Positions 42,776 to 50,108 of a stretch of DNA of 64,000 nucleotides are shown in pieces; the first letter of the stretch is position 1, and every line of letters begins with the position of its first letter. The translations under genes and the position numbers were made by a program. Source of the stretch: an uncultured Psychrobacillus sp. (GTDB lineage Bacteria; Bacillota; Bacilli; Bacillales_A; Planococcaceae); NCBI GenBank assembly GCA_934234185.1, contig CAKQHO010000004.1, positions 15,576 through 79,575 of the forward strand, given 5' to 3'. Under the pieces are notes generated by a model. The model did no database searches. It saw only the letters and a program-made list of their open reading frames with translations, and was not told the DNA's origin.

Positions 42776-43300
42776 ATGTTTAACCGTAAGCATAAAATCG
42801 AGGTCGTACCGGAATCCGAATATACGGACTTCAGCCATCGCGTACCAGGTGACGCATATGCAACGAGAAAGACGGTCGCAATAGCGGCTACGGTGCCTGC
42901 AGCGGTAAGTATCGGATTATTAGCGCATAGGCTGTCGGAAGGAAACGCAAGTGCCGAGCAAGCCATAACGGCTTCAGCGCCAATAGTCGAGCAGGCTCCG
43001 ATTTTCGCTCCGCAGTATGCTCCGATACAGACGTCTAATTACGATATGATACCGACGGGATTTGTCGCTGATAAGTCGTTGGAGATGTTAGCTAACGTAC
43101 TGGATCCTGTTATTCAGATACTCGTAGCGATTAGCTTTCCGATTGCTAGCGTAATCATGATAGGCGCGTGTTTCTTCTTTATGTTCGGCAATAGCGAGAA
43201 GGCATGGTCGATGATTATGAACGCAGGACTCGGCTATGTTTTAATTCAACTATCGCCTCTATTCCTCGATATTCTGCGCAAAGTAGGCGAAGCGGTATGA
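42776..43300 (+). CDS. small membrane protein with VirB2/TrbC-like topology
   Basis: N-terminal hydrophobic segment ('VAIAATVPAAVSIGLLA') plus two C-terminal TM helices ('VIQILVAISFPIASVIMIGACFFFMFG', 'MIMNAGLGYVLIQLSPLF'). Strong RBS. The family assignment is speculative. Confidence 0.4.
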   Translation: MFNRKHKIEVVPESEYTDFSHRVPGDAYATRKTVAIAATVPAAVSIGLLAHRLSEGNASAEQAITASAPIVEQAPIFAPQYAPIQTSNYDMIPTGFVADKSLEMLANVLDPVIQILVAISFPIASVIMIGACFFFMFGNSEKAWSMIMNAGLGYVLIQLSPLFLDILRKVGEAV

Positions 43301-43397
43301 CGATTAGCTAACGAAAAGTTAATGAAGCCCTAACGGACAGTAATTTTTGCGGTGTATTAGTTTTAGTATATTGCTAGAATTTGAATTAAAGGGAGGG

Positions 43398-44369
43398 ATG
43401 ATTGTGGTACGAAAAAAATCTGTATTTACAGTGACAGATGATTTATCAGATGTATTTAATAATCTAACTATCAAGTCAGATGTAACTGTACTAAAGGCAT
43501 TAGAAATAATTCTTAAACAAATGAAAACAACTGGCAATCGTGAAAGGACTCTCTATGATTATGACAAACAAATAAACCATTTCGTTAGGATTACAGGAGT
43601 GGTAAATATCTCTGATATAACAGTTTTTCACATTTACGATTGGATTGAGAGTATGGAAGTAAGTAATGTAACTAAGTTGACCCGTTTGAAGTGTCTTAAA
43701 GCTTTCTTGAATAGATGCTTTAAACTTGGTTGGTTATCTATTCAATTTTGGAATGACATAAAAATTAAAGTTGATAGCCCGATAAAAGAGGGAGCGACAG
43801 AACAAAATGTTCAAACTTTATTAAGACATTTGGATTTTAATGATTTTTTTCAATTACGCGATGCTACAGCTATTTTGACTATGTATCAGACTGGTATTAG
43901 AATTGGTACATTATCGAAAATCACAGAGGGACACATTGACTTAGAGGAAAATGTATTACGAATACCTGGTTCAATAGTAAAAAATCATGAAGAGTTAATA
44001 CTGCCCTTTGACGATGTCTTAGCTCGTTTATTTACGGTACTATTTAAACAAAATGCCATTGTCAGAAAGAATGCAAACAGAAGTAATCAATTGGTATTTA
44101 TAACGAGAAGTGGCGGCTCTAGTCAAAATACAGCGATGAAGAATAACATAATTAGTAAACGTATTGCTCAATACGCTAAAAAATTCAATATAGAAAACGT
44201 TAATCCGCACGCTTTAAGACGTGGATTTGCAATAAATTTGCGAAAAAAGGGTGCTAATATATCACTAATTTCTAATGCATTGGGACATAGTGATTTATCG
44301 GTAACCACACGTTATTTACATTACGATAAATTAGAAATCGCAGAAGAATTACGCAATTTTCTCAAATAA
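43398..44369 (+). CDS. second tyrosine recombinase / integrase (Int2)
   Basis: 'TGIRIGTLSKI' (Arg), 'HALRRGFA' (HxxR), 'LGHSDLSVTTRYLHY' (His, Tyr). Lies in an AT-rich patch. The start is ATG 43398 or GTG 43404, after AAGGGAGGG. Confidence 0.85.
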   Translation: MIVVRKKSVFTVTDDLSDVFNNLTIKSDVTVLKALEIILKQMKTTGNRERTLYDYDKQINHFVRITGVVNISDITVFHIYDWIESMEVSNVTKLTRLKCLKAFLNRCFKLGWLSIQFWNDIKIKVDSPIKEGATEQNVQTLLRHLDFNDFFQLRDATAILTMYQTGIRIGTLSKITEGHIDLEENVLRIPGSIVKNHEELILPFDDVLARLFTVLFKQNAIVRKNANRSNQLVFITRSGGSSQNTAMKNNIISKRIAQYAKKFNIENVNPHALRRGFAINLRKKGANISLISNALGHSDLSVTTRYLHYDKLEIAEELRNFLK

Positions 44370-44410
44370 ATGACGCCTTTCCGAGAAACTTTCGGCCAGG
44401 CGTCTTTTTT
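44365..44410. terminator. bidirectional terminator between int2 and the repressor gene
   Basis: GACGCCT ... AGGCGTC stem flanked by AAATAAA on one side and T6 on the other. Confidence 0.7.
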
Positions 44411-44623
44411 CTATTTACTTTCATTTTTTGAATAGAAAATAATATCTTGCACATTACAATCTAACGCCTCGCAAAGTTTTTGAAGAGTATCAAACTCAAT
44501 TCCATTATTTCTTCCATTAATGATCTTTGATATTCCATTTCTGTGTAGACCCGTCTTTTCTGCAAGGGTACTTATAGTGAATCCTTTCATTTTCATTGTT
44601 TCTTTTAATTTAATAACTATCAT
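44411..44623 (-). CDS. XRE-family repressor (CI-like)
   Basis: 70 aa. 'FTISTLAEKTGLHRNGISKIINGRNNGIEFDTLQKLCEAL' has the HTH_3 pattern. It is divergent from the operator-containing region. Confidence 0.8.
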   Translation of the reverse strand: MIVIKLKETMKMKGFTISTLAEKTGLHRNGISKIINGRNNGIEFDTLQKLCEALDCNVQDIIFYSKNESK

Positions 44624-44666
44624 TTTATGACCTCCTAGTAGATTCTGCTATAAATTATACTATTAG

Positions 44667-44767
44667 CACACTATAGTGTGAATGTAATTTTAAAAAACTT
44701 TTAAAATACTGTTGACTTTGCACACTATAGTGGTTATTATTGGATTAAGAGGTAAACACTATAGTGG
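44667..44767. promoter_or_regulatory. genetic switch: three CACACTATAGTG operators and a rightward sigma-A promoter
   Basis: O1 is cacactatagtgtg (44667-44680), a perfect 14-bp palindrome. O2 is cacactatagtgg (44721-44733) and O3 is aacactatagtgg (44755-44767). The promoter is TTGACT (44712-44717), 17-nt spacer, TATTAT (44735-44740), with O2 inside the spacer. Confidence 0.75.
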
Positions 44768-44797
44768 TTACTAAGATGTGTAAGAAGGGAGATAGAA

Positions 44798-44932
44798 ATG
44801 AGGGTGATACGAAAATTAGATAATTATTTTCTCGGGACTGGCGAAGCAAGTGTAACAGATCGCATTTGGTTTTATGGAACATATTTAACAGTAATTACAA
44901 TAACAATCGGAATAGGAGAGAGTTTAATATGA
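44798..44932 (+). CDS. 44-aa hydrophobic peptide, first gene of the rightward operon
   Basis: Not in the ORF track (under 60 aa). ATG follows AAGAAGGGAG. Sequence 'MRVIRKLDNYFLGTGEASVTDRIWFYGTYLTVITITIGIGESLI' has one predicted TM. Its stop overlaps the next ATG (ATGA). Confidence 0.45.
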   Translation: MRVIRKLDNYFLGTGEASVTDRIWFYGTYLTVITITIGIGESLI

Positions 44933-45213
44933 AAAACAATAGAGTTACACAATTAGTATTCGATGTAGATGGAAGCGTAATGTCGGTATGTGAAACGATC
45001 ACTCTTGCGGTAGGCATTAAAGCGGATATTTACACGGCGCCAGGTGCTACTAAGCCTCGCGAAATTGTTTTGACTATTGGTGACGATAGTATCGAAATGA
45101 CATACTCGGAAGAGCTTGCGGAAATGCTTGATAAATTACATGAGGTTAGTGCATTAGAACTACTGACGGCTTGCTATCGTACTCTATGGCAGTCTAAGGC
45201 GAAGATAGCGTAA
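44929..45213 (+). CDS. hypothetical protein
   Basis: ATG at 44929 is coupled to the upstream peptide. 94 aa with no recognisable motif. Confidence 0.55.
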   Translation: MKNNRVTQLVFDVDGSVMSVCETITLAVGIKADIYTAPGATKPREIVLTIGDDSIEMTYSEELAEMLDKLHEVSALELLTACYRTLWQSKAKIA

Positions 45214-45578
45214 TGGAAAGTCACGATAGCTATGCGACCCAACTATTCGACCTGTACGAAAGTACAAAAGCCACTAGCCAACGTCTAGTCCGAGAACTAT
45301 CGAAGTACGACCGTAATCTAAGTGCTTTCTATCACGATGTTGAAACGAAGGACATAGCACCTGCGGATGCGCCCGAGTACATGAAGGCTCTGCAAAACAT
45401 TCTTTTGAAGCGCCGAGCAATCAAGCAGGAAATGCACCAGATAGACATAATCGAAAGAAGCCTTCGCACTAGCATAGACGCGTTAGAAACGAAGCGTTAT
45501 AAGGCTTTCAGACGAATCGAAAAGTATAATCGTTCGTTAATCTTGCCAATAACGATAAGTGATGTGCTACACGATTAA
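45213..45578 (+). CDS. hypothetical coiled-coil protein
   Basis: 121 aa. TAATG overlap with the upstream gene. Confidence 0.6.
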   Translation: MESHDSYATQLFDLYESTKATSQRLVRELSKYDRNLSAFYHDVETKDIAPADAPEYMKALQNILLKRRAIKQEMHQIDIIERSLRTSIDALETKRYKAFRRIEKYNRSLILPITISDVLHD

Positions 45579-45596
45579 AAACGGAAGGGTGAGTAG

Positions 45597-45743
45597 ATGG
45601 ATGAATTAATTAAGTTAGCCGAGGAACTGAGCCGTAAAATACGAGACAATGGAAAGCAGATTGATAACCCGGCGATGGTTATGTCGGTGCTGAACGAACT
45701 GGAATTTTTCATCGAGAACATCAGCTCTGACGATAACGAATGA
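45597..45743 (+). CDS. 48-aa hypothetical protein
   Basis: Not in the ORF track. ATG follows GGAAGGGTGAG. 'MDELIKLAEELSRKIRDNGKQIDNPAMVMSVLNELEFFIENISSDDNE'. Confidence 0.45.
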   Translation: MDELIKLAEELSRKIRDNGKQIDNPAMVMSVLNELEFFIENISSDDNE

Positions 45744-45776
45744 TTGACGATAACCTTAAAGGAGGTGAGGAACGAA

Positions 45777-45932
45777 GTGAAGCGTGAGCCCAAGGAGGAA
45801 CTTATCGAACATCGCGGCTGGGTGTCAATCGAGCCTGCAGGAACGAAAAGGAATAAACAAAGGATGGCCGCTTTAATCGCCCAACTAGATAGAATCGCTG
45901 ACCTTGCCGAAGGAAAGCGAAAAGCTAACTGA
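45777..45932 (+). CDS. 51-aa hypothetical basic protein
   Basis: GTG at 45777 lies 6 nt after AAAGGAGGTGAGG. Confidence 0.45.
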   Translation: MKREPKEELIEHRGWVSIEPAGTKRNKQRMAALIAQLDRIADLAEGKRKAN

Positions 45933-46040
45933 TTACGTATTTATTATCGTACACTTGCGAGCAAACTCTCTGACATCTGCGTTAGTGTACACTCAATGCG
46001 ACTCTTTAAGCCGATGGGAATCGAAAAAGTTTCATATAAA

Positions 46041-46198
46041 ATACTCGCGCCAACGAGTATGAATACGGTGTGACTGCGCCAACAGTAACGCCAATCGAAA
46101 TTACGCCAATAGTTTCGATGAACTTAATATAGTAACTTGCGCCAACAGGTTACGAACGAAGAGGGATGTCGCGCCAACGATGTTCCTCTTTTTTGTTG
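46041..46198 (+). ncRNA. candidate structured RNA (or ssDNA element): five hairpins with invariant CGCCAA hexaloop, the last one terminator-like
   Basis: H1 46041-46060 ATACTCG[CGCCAA]CGAGTAT. H2 46071-46088 TGACTG[CGCCAA]CAGTAA. H3 46094-46119 ATCGAAATTA[CGCCAA]TAGTTTCGAT. H4 46133-46152 TAACTTG[CGCCAA]CAGGTTA. H5 46160-46189 AGAGGGATGTCG[CGCCAA]CGATGTTCCTCT followed by TTTTTTGTT. The stems differ in sequence but stay complementary, and the G-T wobbles work only on the plus strand. Confidence 0.45.
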
Positions 46199-46206
46199 CA
46201 CTTAGT

Positions 46207-46221
46207 GGGGGTAGCGTCCCC
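46207..46221 (+). other. GC-clamped hairpin with TAGCGT loop (ssoA CS-6-like)
   Basis: GGGG[G]-TAGCGT-CCCC sits immediately downstream of the CGCCAA hairpin array. TAGCGT equals the CS-6 hexanucleotide described for ssoA-type single-strand origins, as I recall it. Confidence 0.3.
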
Positions 46222-46492
46222 TTCTATAGTAGAGCGGAAAAAGTCAATGTAGCAATTTAAAGTGTTCAAGTAGCAGTATGAAGTAGAAGGTTAAAAATAC
46301 TGTGCGAAACAGATTACGACTGTATATAAGACTATATAACGTAATCAATGATGCAATTTCGTTATGTCTACCGTCTATACGAAATAGGATGTCTTTTAAA
46401 TTTACCCTACATCTTAGTTTATCAGACGCCTATAAGGTTGGGAAATGCCGTACAAAGCTATTGAAACGTATCTAGCTAAATTGAGGAGGTAA

Positions 46493-46585
46493 CTCCGCAC
46501 TAGCGATTCTCAAACGATATAACTAGTAGGGGAAGTTCTCCGAAAAGCTCCGCACTAGCGATTTTCAAACGTTAATACTAGTATA
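46493..46585 (+). repeat. two ~38-bp direct repeats, 55 bp apart (iteron-like)
   Basis: ctccgcactagcgattctcaaacgatataactagta (46493-) and ctccgcactagcgattttcaaacgttaatactagta (46548-). Each contains an ACTAG...CTAGT inverted pair. Confidence 0.75.
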
Positions 46586-46773
46586 GGCTAATTTCTTTCT
46601 AGCATATATACGAGAGCAATCGGACAAGGTTTCACTTTTTCAATAATATTACGATTCAATCAAGACGGATGCCATAATTTAACCATTTAGCTGCCTATAT
46701 AGGTGAGGAAAAAGGGGTTGCGTTTTTTATTTACTTATCTAGTCTTAAATTTATTTCAAAAGTAGGTGATTCG

Positions 46774-47001
46774 ATGAAGTTGACCGCAAAGGATCTAGAG
46801 GATATTCGTAATTACTATGCTATCAGTCAGTCGCAACTGGCGGAGAAGCTTGGCATATCACAGTCTTACGTAGCACATATGGAGCGCAATGCTAGACCTA
46901 TTCCAGCGTACGTAGCGGACAAGCTAGAGATAACGCCTGAACGTTTAGAAGCAATTAGGAGCGCAGCTTATGAACGAGAAAAGTTTATTAACGAAAAGTA
47001 A
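46774..47001 (+). CDS. XRE-family HTH protein
   Basis: 'AISQSQLAEKLGISQSYVAHMERNARPIP' has the HTH_3 pattern. RBS AGTAGGTGA. Confidence 0.7.
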   Translation: MKLTAKDLEDIRNYYAISQSQLAEKLGISQSYVAHMERNARPIPAYVADKLEITPERLEAIRSAAYEREKFINEK

Positions 47002-47020
47002 TCGTAAAGGTGGTCGTAAT

Positions 47021-47206
47021 ATGGCAATGAAACGAATTAAGTCGTTATGGCTTGCAAGAGCGTTAATAGCGAAGGGATATAACGTTGTAGATACCGACAA
47101 AGAGGGCGAAGATATCGTATGGTACTTTAACGACTCGACCGAGTTTAATCGTACAGTAGGCGAGCTAATAGACGCTAATAAACGAGATAAAGGTTATCCA
47201 CGTTAG
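47021..47206 (+). CDS. small phage-associated protein (DUF5659-like)
   Basis: ATG at 47021 lies 6 nt after AAAGGTGG. 'LWLARALIAKGYNVVDTDKEGEDIVWYFNDSTEFNRTVGELI' resembles the DUF5659 pattern as I remember it. Confidence 0.4.
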   Translation: MAMKRIKSLWLARALIAKGYNVVDTDKEGEDIVWYFNDSTEFNRTVGELIDANKRDKGYPR

Positions 47207-47446
47207 AAATTAATTATCTACGACCGATCCGACAAGCTTTGCTTGGAGGTATGTTTTGAACTAATAACGCCACTAACTAAAACATAGCTCCACAATAAAA
47301 TTGTGTCGCATATGCGTTAAAAATAAACGCTATTTTTATTTAAGGGAGACACGCTACAAACCGCGGTATATCAACGTTTCTAAAAATTTTTGCGACTTTT
47401 TTTTCGCAGAATAAGTTATGATTTCGAAAATTAGGAGGCGGTAATA

Positions 47447-48652
47447 TTGACGGAAATAACAGTAGTAGATGCGGTAATGGGAAGCGGTAAGACGGAGTGG
47501 GCGATTCGATATATGAACGAAGCAAGTCCAACGGAGCATTTTATCTATATAACGCCATTCCTTGCGGAAGTAGAGCGTGTTAAGAAGAGCGTCACAGGGC
47601 GTACTTTCGTAGAGCCTACCATTTATAATGGGACGTCTAAACTCGAGGATTTGAAGCGTCTGATAGCGTCTGACAGGGACATCGTAAGTACACACGCATT
47701 ATTCGCTCGTGCTGACGAAGAAGTAATCGACTTATTGGAGCAATCGGGCTATACGCTGATACTTGACGAGGTGATGGACGTAGTAGACAGCGTTGCGATA
47801 AAGAATACGGATATAAGACGTCTACAATCTAACGGAGACATACTCATCGACAAAGAAACAAAGCGCGTTAAATGGACCGGGGATCCTGACGATAACAGTC
47901 GCTACCGAGACATACGAGAACTTGCACAAGCGGGCAATTTATACGTATTCCGTACATCGTTCATGGTATGGGCGTTTCCGCCAGCAGTATTTAAGGCGTT
48001 CCCGAAAGCTTATGTATTAACGTATCTATTTAAATGCCAGATGCAGCGATATTACTTCGATATGTTCGGCTTCGAATACGCATATAAGAGCGTTGCTATG
48101 GTAGAAGGCGATTATAGGTTGATAGATTACGATGTAAAGCGCGAGAGACGAGAAGAACTGTATAACTTAATCGAAGTCTACGAAGGCAGATTGAACGATA
48201 TAGGAAACGGCAAGTTTGCACTAAGCCAAGCGAAGCTAAAGAAGTGTGACGGTGGATTCCTCGATTCAATAAGGAATAATACGGCAAACTTTTTCCGCCA
48301 TTACGCTAATGCGAAGAAAGCGGACGCATATCTATCTACGCTAAAGGAAGTGCAGGGCCTAGTAACGCCAAGAGGCTTTAAGTCGTCGGTCATTGCGCAT
48401 AACATACGAGCTACTAACGAGTATTCGGACAGATGGGCGGTCGCATACCTGATTAACCGATTTATGAATAAGGACAAAATGGCGTTTTTCCAAGATAACG
48501 GTGTATCGGTAGACGAGGACCTATATGCAATATCGGAATTATTACAGTGGATTTGGCGCTCGAGAATCAGACGAGGGGAGCCAATCAAAGCGTATATTCC
48601 TGCGGAGCGAATGAGGGGACTACTAAAAAGATGGGCTAATTACGAAATCTAA
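47447..48652 (+). CDS. P-loop NTPase, SF2-helicase-like
   Basis: TTG start after TTAGGAGGCGG. Walker A 'AVMGSGKTEWA', Walker B 'LILDEVMD', 'VSTHALF' (motif III-like), and 'QWIWRSRIRRGEPI' (motif VI / arginine-finger-like). Confidence 0.55.
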   Translation: MTEITVVDAVMGSGKTEWAIRYMNEASPTEHFIYITPFLAEVERVKKSVTGRTFVEPTIYNGTSKLEDLKRLIASDRDIVSTHALFARADEEVIDLLEQSGYTLILDEVMDVVDSVAIKNTDIRRLQSNGDILIDKETKRVKWTGDPDDNSRYRDIRELAQAGNLYVFRTSFMVWAFPPAVFKAFPKAYVLTYLFKCQMQRYYFDMFGFEYAYKSVAMVEGDYRLIDYDVKRERREELYNLIEVYEGRLNDIGNGKFALSQAKLKKCDGGFLDSIRNNTANFFRHYANAKKADAYLSTLKEVQGLVTPRGFKSSVIAHNIRATNEYSDRWAVAYLINRFMNKDKMAFFQDNGVSVDEDLYAISELLQWIWRSRIRRGEPIKAYIPAERMRGLLKRWANYEI

Positions 48653-48698
48653 GAGAAAAATAGGCAACAGCTAAAAAACTAAAAGGGGAATCAGCTAA

Positions 48699-49388
48699 AT
48701 GAAATCAACTCCTAACTATAGACTTCCAGGAACAGGCGCAATAGACTTCGCTAGACCGTACGTGAATAACGTCTCACGCGACGATGCTTCACCGATCATT
48801 ACCAAACTAATTGCCGGCGAGCTTCACGATGCTACTGACAAGCGAATTAAGCGGTGTGCATACTGTAATTTCTTCTTCCGAGATGCAACAAAGCCAAATA
48901 ACGCTAAAACGTGCTGCAAGCCGTGTAAAATCGCTAAAGATTCGTTAGAGCGCAGTATTAAAAATGCGGATAAAGAACTACTATCTCCAACGAAGAGGAA
49001 AACGTTAGTCGAAAAGTTTTACTATAGTCACTTAGAATATTCGTTTTGGATTGACGGAAAGGAAATGATAAAACATTCAAATCGCTACGAGTCGCCTAAC
49101 GAGGACATCGAGAAGATTGCCGCTGCTAAACAACGCGACGCACTACTCGGCGGTAAAAAGAAACGACCGCAAGTTATTCCGTATAATGGAGACGAGAAAA
49201 AACAGCAAAAAGTTTACGTCAAGTATCCGAAGTATGATCGTTCTAATTCAGAAGTAACCGTAAAGAAGGTGACATACGATATTGAAGCATACTTAATCGA
49301 GAAATACGGAGAAAGACGAATTAGAGAGGAACGCGTACGAGTCGGATTTATGAAAGCGAGGGCGAAAGGGTATGAGACGATAATTTAG
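48699..49388 (+). CDS. hypothetical protein with CxxC...CxxC zinc-ribbon
   Basis: 'KRCAYCNFFFRDATKPNNAKTCCKPCK', with a lysine-rich C-terminal half. Good RBS. Confidence 0.55.
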   Translation: MKSTPNYRLPGTGAIDFARPYVNNVSRDDASPIITKLIAGELHDATDKRIKRCAYCNFFFRDATKPNNAKTCCKPCKIAKDSLERSIKNADKELLSPTKRKTLVEKFYYSHLEYSFWIDGKEMIKHSNRYESPNEDIEKIAAAKQRDALLGGKKKRPQVIPYNGDEKKQQKVYVKYPKYDRSNSEVTVKKVTYDIEAYLIEKYGERRIREERVRVGFMKARAKGYETII

Positions 49389-49480
49389 CCGCAGTAAAGT
49401 TTGTTATATAGGGTAGGCGAGTTAAACGCCGTTATTATTTTTAAGTATCTACTGAATAAAATGAATGGAGGTGAAAGAAT

Positions 49481-49732
49481 ATGAAAGAGAATAGATTCAA
49501 GAAAATAAGATTGTGGAAAAATCTTACTGTTAGAGAAATTGCAGAAGCTTTGAATTTGTCAGTCGGTACAATAAGTGCAGTAGAAAATGGTCATAAGGAA
49601 GCCTCACCAGAGATTAGAGCAGCTTACGCTAGGACATTTCCTATTGACGAAAGCTACGTTTCTTTTTTGTCTAACTATCAAAAATTAGATGAAGAATACC
49701 ACAATAACATTATATGTCAAAAAAGAGCGTAA
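49481..49732 (+). CDS. XRE-family HTH protein
   Basis: 'LTVREIAEALNLSVGTISAVENGHKEASPEI'. AT-rich patch. RBS AATGGAGGTGA. Confidence 0.7.
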   Translation: MKENRFKKIRLWKNLTVREIAEALNLSVGTISAVENGHKEASPEIRAAYARTFPIDESYVSFLSNYQKLDEEYHNNIICQKRA

Positions 49733-49757
49733 GTCAAGCGGAAATGGATGTGGAATA

Positions 49758-50066
49758 ATGACAAATATAAAATGCGATAGTTGTAAAGAGAAATTCGAAA
49801 TCAAGCGTATTAATACGTTTCATCTAGGTAATGGAATCGAGAAGTCCTCGTTCTCTTGCCCGCATTGTACAGCAGAGTATGTGACGTGCTATACGGATAA
49901 ACAAATTCGCAAATTACAACTCGAAATTAAGCGATTACGCGCTAAATCGAAGAAATTTCGTGGAGAAGGGCGAGAGGAAATCGTCCAGCAAATCGAAGAT
50001 ATGTCCGAGCGTTGTAAAACGCTAATAAGAGAATTAACGATAAGCGTAACTGGAAGCCAGGTCTAA
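49758..50066 (+). CDS. zinc-ribbon + coiled-coil protein
   Basis: 'CDSCKEKF...FSCPHCTAEY' followed by a basic coiled coil. ATG at 49758 is preferred over the ORF-track start at 49689. Confidence 0.5.
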   Translation: MTNIKCDSCKEKFEIKRINTFHLGNGIEKSSFSCPHCTAEYVTCYTDKQIRKLQLEIKRLRAKSKKFRGEGREEIVQQIEDMSERCKTLIRELTISVTGSQV

Positions 50067-50085
50067 CGACAGATGGCTTTTTTTG
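50054..50085 (+). terminator. rho-independent terminator candidate
   Basis: AAGCCA ... TGGCTT stem with an inner TCT/AGA pairing, followed by T7. Confidence 0.5.
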
Positions 50086-50108
50086 TTGCCTAAAAAGGAG
50101 CGAATTAC

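Noticed and set aside
43301-43397. A third copy of the 29-bp att core or other att repeats that would define two tandem elements (38.9-43.3 kb and 43.3-60.9 kb).
   Set aside because: Reading the junction regions (43.30-43.40, 59.56-59.67 and 60.66-60.78 kb), I found no copy of gtagtttaatgg or any other shared sequence of 12 nt or more. A tandem-array model is not supported, although a computational repeat search is still needed.
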